IMG/VR virus record: IMGVR_UViG_3300008113_000012 | Coordinates: 44,456-108,455 of that record | DNA: 64,000 bases | From: a virus | Reading direction: 5' to 3' (one strand) | Part shown: positions 45,773 to 55,239 of the stretch, one piece after another | Position numbering within the stretch: position 1 is the stretch's first letter | Layout of the letters: each line of letters opens with the position of its first letter | Notes under the pieces: model-generated | Databases searched by the model: none | What the model saw: the letters and a program-made list of their open reading frames with translations, nothing else | What the model was told of the DNA's origin: nothing | Translations under genes and position numbers: made by a program

Positions 45773-48700
45773 ATGGCATTAAGTTCACCAGGCGTAGAAG
45801 TCAAAGTAATTGACGAATCATTTTATACACCAGCAGCACCAGGTACAGTACCTTTAATTATTGTAGCTTCTGCTGAAAATAAAGCAAACAGCGGAGCTAC
45901 CGGAACCGCCCCGGGTACACTTAAAGCTAACGCTGGAGAAGTTTATCTTCTAACAAGTCAGAGAGATCTCGGAGACACATTTGGTGATCCAATCTTCAAA
46001 ACTGATGCAAGCAATAATCCAGTTCATGCCGGTGAGCAAAACGAATACGGTCTACAAGCCGCATACAGTTTACTAGGTGTTAGCAATCGTGCATTTGTTG
46101 TACGTGCTGACTTAGATCTAGCACAATTAGATGCCCAAGCAACTGAACCAGATGCAACACCTGCAAATGGTACGCACTGGTTAGATACACAAATTACAGC
46201 ATTTGGTATCTTTGAATGGAATGGAGCAAGTGCTATTACTAGAGGTGGACAAAAGTTTACTAATAAAATTCCACGTGTAATTACAGATCCAACTCAAGTA
46301 GTTGACACAGATTATGGTCTAGCACCATTATCTTCAATTGGTTCAATCGGTGATTATGCCGTTGTTATGACTGATGCAGACTCAAATACTCCAGCACTAA
46401 CAACATCAGTTCCAGGTACAGTATGGTATAAGAGCCGCGGTGTAGCTCCTGGTCAAACTCCAGGACAGTGGGTTAAAGTGGGAACTGATGAATGGTTTAA
46501 AGCATGGCCAACTATTACTGGTTCTGCTGTAAATCCTACAGCAACAGCAGGTAATACATTAACAATTACTGCTGACGGTGTTACTAGTGCAGGCATCGCA
46601 TTTGGTGCATCTTTACAAGAATTAGTTGATAACATTAACGATGTCATGGACGGAACTGGCATTACTGCTGCTCGTGTTAACGGTAAACTAGAAATTTACT
46701 GCGACGGAACAGTTGGTGGAGATCCGACAGACAGTGCAACTAGTAATGCAATTACTATTGCAGCCGGAACAACTGCTGCAGAAACTGCTCCTCTAGTTGG
46801 AGCATCGGCTTCAGTTAGTGCGTTAGGTATTAAAACAGGAACATACTATGCTCCAAGATTGCAAATTACTCCGCACACACAACCACCACAATACAAGAGT
46901 ACTGCTGCTGGACCTCGTCCAACAGGTAGTATATGGTTAAAAACAACTGAGCCTAATCTAGGTGCTCGTTTCCGTGTTAAGCGTTGGAACGAAACTACCC
47001 TAGCATGGGAAACAGTTAATTCTCCTGTTTATCTAACTGGCCAGGAAGCAATTTATAATCTTGATAAATCCGGTGGCGGCAAGAACTTAGCAGTTGGCCA
47101 ACTATATGTTCAGGCTAATTACACTGAACAAAACGGTACAGATGATACTCCAAGAATTGCAGAATGGAAAGTTTGGAGACGAAGCGGAACTAGTGCAATG
47201 ACACAGATTAGATCAGTAGCTAATCCAGCAGGTGTTGGAACTGGTACTGTTTCTAGAACAATTAAAATTGCAGAAAGCGTATTAGATAGTACAGTACTTG
47301 GTGACTACGATGGCGATGGCACTTACAGCAACAAGACTGTTACATGGACTACTACAGGCACACAAGGTGATGCAGCAGCTTTAGCTACTGCAATTAACGC
47401 AGCAAATTTTAGTAATATCGAAGCATCTGTTGATAGCCAATTCCGAATTACTATTAGTCATCGTTTAGGTGGCGAATTTAGAATTATTAACGGTTCTGCA
47501 AAAGGCGATGTTGCTAATCCTTTAACCTTATACGGATTTGCTGCATACAACTACGAACCGGGCGCCTCGAATGCAGGCGCTACTGAATATTTGCAAAATG
47601 CACCAAGTGGCGATTTAGTTCATGACTTAATTGCTAGTAACTGGGTGCCGTTAGTTTATTCTGCAAGCAATGATGCTCCAAGTCGTATCCCAGCAGAAGG
47701 TAGACTATGGTATAGTTCAGTAATCGACGAAGTCGATCTTATGGTACATGATGGCGATAACTGGGTAGGTTATCAAAACTTTGATGAGTATACTGGTACA
47801 GATCCAGAAGGTCCAATTGTTAGTGCAACTGCTCCAGAAACACAAAGTGATGGTACAGCATTAGTTACAGGTGACTTATGGGTTAGCACAGCTGACATAG
47901 AGAACTTCCCACAAATTTACAAGTTCAATTTTGATCTAGAAAATGTACCTATTGCAAAAAGATGGATTTTATTAGACACAACAGATCAAACATCTGAAGA
48001 TGGTGTTTTATTTGCTGATGCACGATATAACACTAGTGGTATAAACAGCTACGAAGCTGGTTCTATTGTATCATTATTGACTAGCGATTACCTAGACCCA
48101 GACGCTCCGGACCCAGCATTATATCCACGTGGTATGTTGCTATGGAACCTACGTCGAAGCGGGTTCAATGTAAAAGAATTCAAACGTGACTATATTGACA
48201 CAGCTGAAGACAACGTTCGTTATGACCCATCAAATACTGGTGGCGAGTCGCAAGCCGATTACTGGCCACACCGTTGGGTGACTGCATCTGGCAATCAAGC
48301 CGATGGCTCAGGTAGTTTTGGTCGTAAGTCACAACGTGCAGTAGTTGTTAAAGCTCTACAGGCTACAGCTAATAGCAATCAACAAATCCGTGACGAAGAC
48401 GGACGTATTTTTAACTTGATCGCTTGCCCAGGATATCCTGAACTAATTGGCGAAATGGTTAACTTAAACTATGATCGTGGATTAACAGCGTTTGTAGTTG
48501 GTGATACTCCAGCTCGTCTAACTCCAGATGCAACTTCATTGCTTGCATGGGGTAATAACGCAGACGGTGCATTAGAAGACAACGATATTGGCGCAGCTAG
48601 TTTCGATGAATATATGGCTATGTTCTATCCATGGGGCTTCACAAGTGATAACGCTGGCAATAACATTGCAGTTCCTCCAAGTCACATGATTTTAAGAACT

Positions 48701-49261
48701 ATTGCTCTAAGCGACCAAGTTAGCTATCCATGGTTTGCGCCAGCTGGTGTACGTCGTGGTGGTATTACTAACGCAACAGCAGTTGGTTATATCAGTTCAG
48801 AAGGTGAATTCAAGTCAGTTGCATTGAACAACGGACAACGTGATACACTATATGAAACAAAAGTTAACCCGATCACATTCTTTACTGGAACAGGATTAGT
48901 TAACTACGGACAAAAGACACGTGCTCGCGCAGCCAGTGCTTTAGATCGTATTAACGTAGCACGTTTAGTAATTTACTTACGTAGACAACTAAGCATCCTA
49001 GCTAAGCCATACATTTTTGAACCTAATGATAAAATCACTAGAGACGAAGTTAAAGGCGCAGTCGAAAGTCTGTTGTTAGAGCTAGTCGGACAACGTGCTC
49101 TATATGACTATTTGGTAGTTTGTGATGAAAGTAACAATACTCCAAACAGAATCGATAGAAACGAGCTATGGATTGACATTGCAATTGAACCAGTCAAAGC
49201 AGTTGAATTTATCTACATTCCACTACGTTTGAAGAATACTGGCGAAATCGCAGGTCTATAA
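45773..49261 (+). CDS. gp18: Tail sheath protein (T4 gp18-like, 1162 aa)
   Basis: SPGVEV..ID.S; YPWFAPAG..RG; RINVARL; FEPND..TR; VVCDESNNTP; P.KAVEFI. Confidence 0.95.
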   Translation: MALSSPGVEVKVIDESFYTPAAPGTVPLIIVASAENKANSGATGTAPGTLKANAGEVYLLTSQRDLGDTFGDPIFKTDASNNPVHAGEQNEYGLQAAYSLLGVSNRAFVVRADLDLAQLDAQATEPDATPANGTHWLDTQITAFGIFEWNGASAITRGGQKFTNKIPRVITDPTQVVDTDYGLAPLSSIGSIGDYAVVMTDADSNTPALTTSVPGTVWYKSRGVAPGQTPGQWVKVGTDEWFKAWPTITGSAVNPTATAGNTLTITADGVTSAGIAFGASLQELVDNINDVMDGTGITAARVNGKLEIYCDGTVGGDPTDSATSNAITIAAGTTAAETAPLVGASASVSALGIKTGTYYAPRLQITPHTQPPQYKSTAAGPRPTGSIWLKTTEPNLGARFRVKRWNETTLAWETVNSPVYLTGQEAIYNLDKSGGGKNLAVGQLYVQANYTEQNGTDDTPRIAEWKVWRRSGTSAMTQIRSVANPAGVGTGTVSRTIKIAESVLDSTVLGDYDGDGTYSNKTVTWTTTGTQGDAAALATAINAANFSNIEASVDSQFRITISHRLGGEFRIINGSAKGDVANPLTLYGFAAYNYEPGASNAGATEYLQNAPSGDLVHDLIASNWVPLVYSASNDAPSRIPAEGRLWYSSVIDEVDLMVHDGDNWVGYQNFDEYTGTDPEGPIVSATAPETQSDGTALVTGDLWVSTADIENFPQIYKFNFDLENVPIAKRWILLDTTDQTSEDGVLFADARYNTSGINSYEAGSIVSLLTSDYLDPDAPDPALYPRGMLLWNLRRSGFNVKEFKRDYIDTAEDNVRYDPSNTGGESQADYWPHRWVTASGNQADGSGSFGRKSQRAVVVKALQATANSNQQIRDEDGRIFNLIACPGYPELIGEMVNLNYDRGLTAFVVGDTPARLTPDATSLLAWGNNADGALEDNDIGAASFDEYMAMFYPWGFTSDNAGNNIAVPPSHMILRTIALSDQVSYPWFAPAGVRRGGITNATAVGYISSEGEFKSVALNNGQRDTLYETKVNPITFFTGTGLVNYGQKTRARAASALDRINVARLVIYLRRQLSILAKPYIFEPNDKITRDEVKGAVESLLLELVGQRALYDYLVVCDESNNTPNRIDRNELWIDIAIEPVKAVEFIYIPLRLKNTGEIAGL

Positions 49262-49278
49262 TATAAAGGAAGAATAAC

Positions 49279-49905
49279 ATGGCAATCGCAACATTATCAA
49301 GATTTACAGTGCCCCTAGCTAGCGATCAATCTGCTAGCACACAAGGCATGTTGATGCCAAAGTTGAAATATCGCTTTAGAGTGATGTTTGAAAACTTTGG
49401 TGTATCAACACCGACTACAGAACTTACTAAACAGGTCATTACTGCTGTTAAGCCAAACGTACAGTTTGCAAACCAAGTAATTGAAATTTACAACAGTAAA
49501 ATCAACTATGCTGGTAAGCACACATGGCAACCGATGGCAATCAGTTTACGTGATGACGTAACCGGTCAAGTTAGTAAACTAGTAGGCGAACAGATGCAAA
49601 AGCAGTTTGACTTCTTTGAACAAGCATCAGCAGCTAGTGCAGTTGACTATAAGTTTACATTACGTATTGAAGTACTTGACGGCGGCAACGGCGCAAGCAC
49701 ACCAAACGTTTTAGAAACATGGGAATGCTACGGATGCTACATTGTAACTGCTAACTACCAGAACTTGAGTTATGCTGAACAAGGTCCAATGCAAATTGAC
49801 TTGTCAATTCAGCCAGATAACTGTTTACAAATTCCGACTGGTGCAGGTATTGGTGCTACTGTAGCACGTACTACTGGCACAAACGCAACAGGCGGCGGTG
49901 TTTAA
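49279..49905 (+). CDS. gp19: Tail tube protein (T4 gp19-like)
   Basis: Follows the sheath gene; YRFRV, INYAGKHTW.P..I..RDD tube motifs. Confidence 0.88.
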   Translation: MAIATLSRFTVPLASDQSASTQGMLMPKLKYRFRVMFENFGVSTPTTELTKQVITAVKPNVQFANQVIEIYNSKINYAGKHTWQPMAISLRDDVTGQVSKLVGEQMQKQFDFFEQASAASAVDYKFTLRIEVLDGGNGASTPNVLETWECYGCYIVTANYQNLSYAEQGPMQIDLSIQPDNCLQIPTGAGIGATVARTTGTNATGGGV

Positions 49906-49916
49906 ATAACTTCAAG

Positions 49917-49941
49917 AAAAGCAGCTTAGGCTGCTTTTTTT
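49917..49941 (+). terminator. Rho-independent terminator
   Basis: aaaagcagc-ttag-gctgc-ttttttt. Confidence 0.85.
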
Positions 49942-49988
49942 GTGATTTTTATTATCTACCCAGTTAATAGGGATGGATAAATATTACT

Positions 49989-51032
49989 ATGCCAAGTTAC
50001 GCTAATAGACAATTCATCAGTTCAGGTCCTGCATTACGCGACTTTCAACATGCCGCACGAGCATTTGTTGACGGCGATTTTGCACTAGCTCCGAGGCTAA
50101 AGTTTCAACACCATGTTGTATTCAGTACACTTGGAGGTTCAAATGCTCAACTAAGTTTGTTAGCAAAAACTGCTGACACTCCTAAGTTTGCAGTAACAAC
50201 TGAAACTGCTAATCAGTATAATAAAAAAAATGTCATTATGACCGGTATTACATACAGTCCTATAACATTTAAATTGTATGATGACAACTCAGGCGTTGCT
50301 AGAAAATTGTGGGAAAGTTACTATGCTTACACATTTGGCGACCACGGTGCAGCAAAAGCAGGGTTGTATGGAAAAAGTTTAGGACCTAATTTTACTAGTT
50401 ATGGTTTAGAAAATCAACCTATAGTACCGTTTTTAAATTACATTAAAGTGCATACCTTTGCAAAACGCAGTTGGTCCGGTTATACATTAATTAATCCAGT
50501 TATTACTGCATGGTCAAGTGATAACTTTGATTGGACAAGTTCATCACCTGCAGAGCACACGTTAACGGTGGCGTATGATGCTGTAACATTTGACGGTGGC
50601 AGCGCAGGTGCTGGCAGTCCTCCTAACTTTGGTAACCAGGGATATGACTCAACACCTAGTCCTTTGCGTACAGCAGGTGGAGGCTCATCACCTGTTTCTG
50701 GAGTTCCTAACGGACAAAAGAACGGTGCAGCACAAGTGTTTGGTACTGAGACTAGAAAAACTGACCCGTCATCTACCTTTAAAACATTACCAGCTAATAA
50801 CGCATCAATTAATACATACAACAATGTAGTAGGATTAACACCTCAAGGTTCCGCAAATTCTACAAAAAACATTGTGCTTGGAGCGGCAATAGGAGCGGCA
50901 ATAGGAGCGGCTGTCGGCGCAGCAATAGGAGCAGCAGCCGGCAACGGCGCATTTAATAATACATCATTTCCATTAAGCGATAGAGATAATAAAACATCTG
51001 CTACTGCAAGACGAGTAGTAAATAAGGCATAA
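49989..51032 (+). CDS. Tube-like baseplate protein (gp54/gp48-like tail tube initiator)
   Basis: LAKTADTPKF...NQYN...ITYSPITF..YDD...YTLINP.IT tube-fold pattern; TAAATA 49978-49983 lies 5 nt upstream. Confidence 0.6.
   Translation: MPSYANRQFISSGPALRDFQHAARAFVDGDFALAPRLKFQHHVVFSTLGGSNAQLSLLAKTADTPKFAVTTETANQYNKKNVIMTGITYSPITFKLYDDNSGVARKLWESYYAYTFGDHGAAKAGLYGKSLGPNFTSYGLENQPIVPFLNYIKVHTFAKRSWSGYTLINPVITAWSSDNFDWTSSSPAEHTLTVAYDAVTFDGGSAGAGSPPNFGNQGYDSTPSPLRTAGGGSSPVSGVPNGQKNGAAQVFGTETRKTDPSSTFKTLPANNASINTYNNVVGLTPQGSANSTKNIVLGAAIGAAIGAAVGAAIGAAAGNGAFNNTSFPLSDRDNKTSATARRVVNKA
50880..50942 (+). repeat. 12-nt tandem repeat encoding (GAAI)n glycine zipper
   Basis: ggagcggcaata x2 plus three degenerate copies. 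Confidence 0.85.
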
Positions 51033-51033
51033 A

Positions 51034-51414
51034 ATGGCAGTTGAACAAACAAGTAATTTACCTAAACGTACTTCAGCAGATAGTAGTGATGAAGTTAGAA
51101 ATTTCTTTGACAAATATTTCTTACATCAAATTACATTTCCAACAAATCAAATTGATGCAATTGTTGGATTCTTTTTAAAAAGAGGATTTGACGACAGTGC
51201 TGCTCGAAGCACATCAATTGTATTGTTAAATCAATCTAGATTAGAAAATGTAAATCCTTTTGAATTGCTTGACACATTAAAAGGGTTAAGCGAAGCGCAA
51301 TTAAGTAAGGTAGTAACAGAAGTACTTAACGTTTATAGAGACAGGCGATCTGCTCTAGGATATAAATTAACTAGTGTTGAAGAAACTGTTGAGAGTCGAA
51401 ATATTATACAGTAA
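51034..51414 (+). CDS. Hypothetical protein
   Basis: 126-aa ORF coupled to the flanking genes. Confidence 0.65.
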   Translation: MAVEQTSNLPKRTSADSSDEVRNFFDKYFLHQITFPTNQIDAIVGFFLKRGFDDSAARSTSIVLLNQSRLENVNPFELLDTLKGLSEAQLSKVVTEVLNVYRDRRSALGYKLTSVEETVESRNIIQ

Positions 51415-51851
51415 TGGCTCGCTTTGCACAAGGAAAATACACACTAGTTAACCCAGACAAGTATGTAGGAAACAAAACTCCAACATATCGTAGCTCTTGG
51501 GAATGGCACTTTATGCGATTCTGTGACTCAGATGCTCGCATACTAAAGTGGGCTAGTGAAGCAATTAAAATACCCTATAAAGATCCATTCACTGGTAAAG
51601 GAACAGTATATGTTCCTGATTTTTTTATACAATATGCAGATGCTCAGGGCAAAATGCAAGTTGAATTAATAGAAGTTAAACCACAAAATCAAACACTACA
51701 AGAAAAAGTTGGCAAGAATCGCAACAACCAACTTCAATATGCAAAGAATCAAATAAAATGGCGAGCAGCCTACGAGTGGTGTTCTAGGCAAGGTATTAAA
51801 TTTAGAATACTAACTGAGCAAGAGTTATTTCATCAAGGCAAAAAAAGATAA
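51414..51851 (+). CDS. gp4: Head completion nuclease (T4 gp4-like, TnsA-like PD-(D/E)xK)
   Basis: NPDKYVG, YRSSWE, W.SE...IPY, YVPDF, IEVKP, KW.AA..WC...F.ILTE. Confidence 0.9.
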   Translation: MARFAQGKYTLVNPDKYVGNKTPTYRSSWEWHFMRFCDSDARILKWASEAIKIPYKDPFTGKGTVYVPDFFIQYADAQGKMQVELIEVKPQNQTLQEKVGKNRNNQLQYAKNQIKWRAAYEWCSRQGIKFRILTEQELFHQGKKR

Positions 51852-51859
51852 GTAGTATT

Positions 51860-52336
51860 ATGAAAAATCTTGAAGAAATCTTAAACTTGCCTGAAAGCAA
51901 AAAGACTATTAAAAAAGCAGAAAAACAAAAAGCTGATGAAGTAGCCCAGCCGTTTCTTCGTGACATGTCAGAGTTTGACAAAATTGCCGCTAGTTTACCT
52001 GCGGTAAAAGGTTTAGGCGACGCAGCTGATGCAGAGTTTGATGCACTGGCACAACGAGCTACAGATGCCTATGACGACCTTATGGATCTAGGCATGAATG
52101 TAGAAGCACGTTACAGTGGGCGTATTTTTGAGGTAGCGGGCGGCATGCTAAAAAATGCAATTGATGCCAAAGCTGCCAAAATTGACAAAAAACTCAAGAT
52201 GATTGAGTTACAACTTAAGAAACAAAAATTAGATCAAGATGCCGGACAAGATGACGGCGGAATTGATGTTACAGGATCCGGTGTTATTGTATCTGATCGT
52301 AATAGCTTAATTGAAAAACTTAAGAATATGAAATAA
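51860..52336 (+). CDS. Probable terminase small subunit (gp16-like)
   Basis: Helical protein with R.FEVA..ML...coiled coil...DRNSL; lies upstream of terL. Confidence 0.55.
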   Translation: MKNLEEILNLPESKKTIKKAEKQKADEVAQPFLRDMSEFDKIAASLPAVKGLGDAADAEFDALAQRATDAYDDLMDLGMNVEARYSGRIFEVAGGMLKNAIDAKAAKIDKKLKMIELQLKKQKLDQDAGQDDGGIDVTGSGVIVSDRNSLIEKLKNMK

Positions 52337-52358
52337 ATATAATATCAGGATCTTACCT

Positions 52359-52970
52359 ATGAAATCGTTTATTGAATACTTAACAGAAAGTAAAGAAGAG
52401 AAGAAATACTCTTTTAAAATTAAAATCGCCGGCGACCTTCCAGAGAACTGCGAAGATGTTATGGAAACCGCCTTGCAAAAATATCAAATAGCTAAGTTTG
52501 CAAAAACTAAGACTACTCCTATACAAGCTAAGTTGCGTGACTTTCCTACTATGGAAAACGCACAAGTAACTGTATTTGATGTCGATCTAGAATACCCTAC
52601 TACTAGTCAAGTATTAGTAAATTATATGGCAGAACAAACTGGCCTTACTGCTGATCGTATTCGAGTTCGTAGTCCTTTAGAAGAAGCAGAGTCTGAATTA
52701 AATTTAGAACATGCCGACGAGAAAGATGCTAAAGCTATGTTAACACAAGACTATGCTAAAGAAAATAATCAAGGTATTGTAGGCGATAAAGGTGTTAGTA
52801 ATTTCTTAAAAGAACTTGCCAAAGCACGTAAAGATACAGAACCTACACAGTACAAAGGTGTGAATGATGCTATCCTAGCAAAGAAAGCCCCTAAAGAAAA
52901 ATCACAAGAACAAGCTAAACCTGTTGCCGGCAAAAGTCCAATTGGTTCTGCTAAAGGAAAAACAAAATGA
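52359..52970 (+). CDS. Putative internal head protein
   Basis: N-terminus MKSFIEYLTE closely resembles the T4 CTS MKTYQEFIAE; TAAATA at 52334-52339. Confidence 0.6.
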   Translation: MKSFIEYLTESKEEKKYSFKIKIAGDLPENCEDVMETALQKYQIAKFAKTKTTPIQAKLRDFPTMENAQVTVFDVDLEYPTTSQVLVNYMAEQTGLTADRIRVRSPLEEAESELNLEHADEKDAKAMLTQDYAKENNQGIVGDKGVSNFLKELAKARKDTEPTQYKGVNDAILAKKAPKEKSQEQAKPVAGKSPIGSAKGKTK

Positions 52971-53557
52971 ACTTTAATGAACTATTCCAGAAAATGAGAG
53001 AGTTGGATGCACCGGTTAGTGAAGAACTAAAAGGCGGCCAAAAAGAACTAGATACTGACAAAGATGGCGACATCGAAGCTGATGATCTAAAAGACTTACG
53101 TGATAAAAAAGTTGATGAAGAACTCGTTGATGAGTGTGGTATGGGATCAATGTCAGGAATGAGTCAAGGGCAACAAGACAATGTTAATATGAGTATTAAC
53201 ATGAACGGTAGTGGCGCTGGCGGCATCCGTGACTTGATGAATATACTACGAGATCTTGAAGATGGTAGCAACGATCCAGATAGCGGAGAATTAGGTGACT
53301 TAATTGGAGCTATGGGAGATGAACCACGAGGTAAGGTTGCAGTAATTGATAATGATATGGAAATGCCTGTTGGCGAGTTTGCTAACAGCCCAGATGAAAT
53401 GTATGCAGACGTTAGTGATGTAACTCCCACAGGAAATGACTTGCACAGTAAGGGTGCTGAAGCTGAAAAAGTAAATGGCGGCGGCAATCCAATGGGAGTT
53501 GACGAAGAACTAATGAGCAGATTGACTAGTATGTATGAGTCAATCAAAAATAGATAA
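52967..53557 (+). CDS. Acidic hypothetical protein with EF-hand-like loop
   Basis: DTDKDGDIEADD DxDxDG loop; ATGA overlap with the upstream gene. Confidence 0.6.
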   Translation: MNFNELFQKMRELDAPVSEELKGGQKELDTDKDGDIEADDLKDLRDKKVDEELVDECGMGSMSGMSQGQQDNVNMSINMNGSGAGGIRDLMNILRDLEDGSNDPDSGELGDLIGAMGDEPRGKVAVIDNDMEMPVGEFANSPDEMYADVSDVTPTGNDLHSKGAEAEKVNGGGNPMGVDEELMSRLTSMYESIKNR

Positions 53558-53591
53558 CCAGTGCAGTACTAGGGTGATTAAGACCCTACTC

Positions 53592-53617
53592 AAAGCGACC
53601 CATAGGGTCGCTTTTTT
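53592..53617 (+). terminator. Rho-independent terminator
   Basis: aaagcgaccc-ata-gggtcgc-tttttt. Confidence 0.82.
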
Positions 53618-53632
53618 ATTGTAAATAGTATT

Positions 53633-55228
53633 ATGGCAAGTAAATCATTAGATGGCGTTTTAACTAAAAAAGCTCACACAAGAGAAACATTCACTGAGTC
53701 CCATATTCAGGACTTGATTGCGTGTTCTAATCCTGAGGACGGTTATCATTATTTTTGTAAAAATTATTTTTACATACAACATCCTGTTAAAGGTAAAATG
53801 TTATTCCAACCATTTGATTTCCAAACTAGACTGTTAGATGCATATCATAATCATCGATTTAATGTAAACATGCTACCACGTCAGATGGGCAAGACTACCT
53901 GTGCTGCTGGCTATCTACTCTGGTTTGCAATGTTTCATCCAGACCAGACTATTCTTATTTCAGCGCATAAATTTACTGGCTCGCAAGAAATTATGCAGCG
54001 TATTCGATACGCATATGAACTATGTCCTGATCATATTCGTTCTGGAGTAGTAAACTATAACAAGGGCTCTATTGAGTTTGATAATGGATCACGTATTGTC
54101 TCTACAACTACTACTGGCAACACAGGTCGTGGTATGTCTATTTCCTTACTATACTGTGACGAGTTTGCTTTTGTACCTCCAAACATCGCAGATGAATTTT
54201 GGACTTCAATTTCCCCGACACTAGCAACTGGTGGACGAGCAATTCTAACATCAACACCTAACAGTGACGAAGATACATTTGCTATCATATGGAAAGAAGC
54301 TAACAAGAAGTTTGACGAGTTTGGTAACGAACAAGAGATAGGCGTTAACGGATTCTTTCCTTTTACTTGCTCATGGAGTGAACACCCAGATCGTGACGAT
54401 GCTTGGGCAACAACTGAGCGTGGACGTATTGGCGAAGAACGATTCCGCCGTGAATATAACTGCGAATTCTTAGTCTACGATGAAACACTGATTAACAGTA
54501 TTCACCTAGCTGGAATGGAAGGCGCCAAACCTCTGATGCAGATGGGACAAACACGTTGGTATAAAGAACCAAGCAAAGATAATATCTATGCAGTTAGTTT
54601 AGATCCAAGCCTAGGAACAGGGGGAAACTCTGCAGGTATACAAGTGTTTGAGTTACCTAGTTTTACTCAGGTAGCAGAGTGGCATCATAATTTAACACCT
54701 ATACAGGGACAAATTAGAATCTTAAAAGAAATACTAAATTATATTAAAGATACGATCGGCGAAGACAGTGTTAGTAATATATACTGGTCAATTGAAAATA
54801 ACAATATTGGCGAAGCAGGGTTAGTCTGCATTAGAGATATCGGTGAAGATCAATTTCCTGGACTGTTTGTAAGCGAGCCAATGCGTAAAGGGCACGTTCG
54901 TAAATTCCGTAAAGGATTTAATACCACACACAAAACAAAAATATCTGCTGCTGCTCGTTTAAAATATCTAATAGAATCTAATAAAATGAAGATTAACAGC
55001 AAGCCTTTAATAACTGAGCTTAAGGCATTTATTGCATCAGGCGTTACATTTAAGGCTAAAGTAGGAGAAGAAGACGATTTAGTAAGTGCATTGTTATTAA
55101 TTGTACGTATGAGCCAAGTGCTAGCAGACTGGGATTCTAGAGTATTTGAATCCTTCAGCAGTAATGATGGATACGACGAAGACGATTTTGACTTGCCAAT
55201 GCCTATATTTGTTTCGTCTAGTTTATGA
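53633..55228 (+). CDS. gp17: Terminase large subunit (T4 gp17-like)
   Basis: Walker A PRQMGKTT, Walker B LLYCDEFAF, TSTPN, nuclease SLDPS, IENN, DDLV. Confidence 0.96.
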   Translation: MASKSLDGVLTKKAHTRETFTESHIQDLIACSNPEDGYHYFCKNYFYIQHPVKGKMLFQPFDFQTRLLDAYHNHRFNVNMLPRQMGKTTCAAGYLLWFAMFHPDQTILISAHKFTGSQEIMQRIRYAYELCPDHIRSGVVNYNKGSIEFDNGSRIVSTTTTGNTGRGMSISLLYCDEFAFVPPNIADEFWTSISPTLATGGRAILTSTPNSDEDTFAIIWKEANKKFDEFGNEQEIGVNGFFPFTCSWSEHPDRDDAWATTERGRIGEERFRREYNCEFLVYDETLINSIHLAGMEGAKPLMQMGQTRWYKEPSKDNIYAVSLDPSLGTGGNSAGIQVFELPSFTQVAEWHHNLTPIQGQIRILKEILNYIKDTIGEDSVSNIYWSIENNNIGEAGLVCIRDIGEDQFPGLFVSEPMRKGHVRKFRKGFNTTHKTKISAAARLKYLIESNKMKINSKPLITELKAFIASGVTFKAKVGEEDDLVSALLLIVRMSQVLADWDSRVFESFSSNDGYDEDDFDLPMPIFVSSSL

Positions 55229-55239
55229 TAAATATCAAT

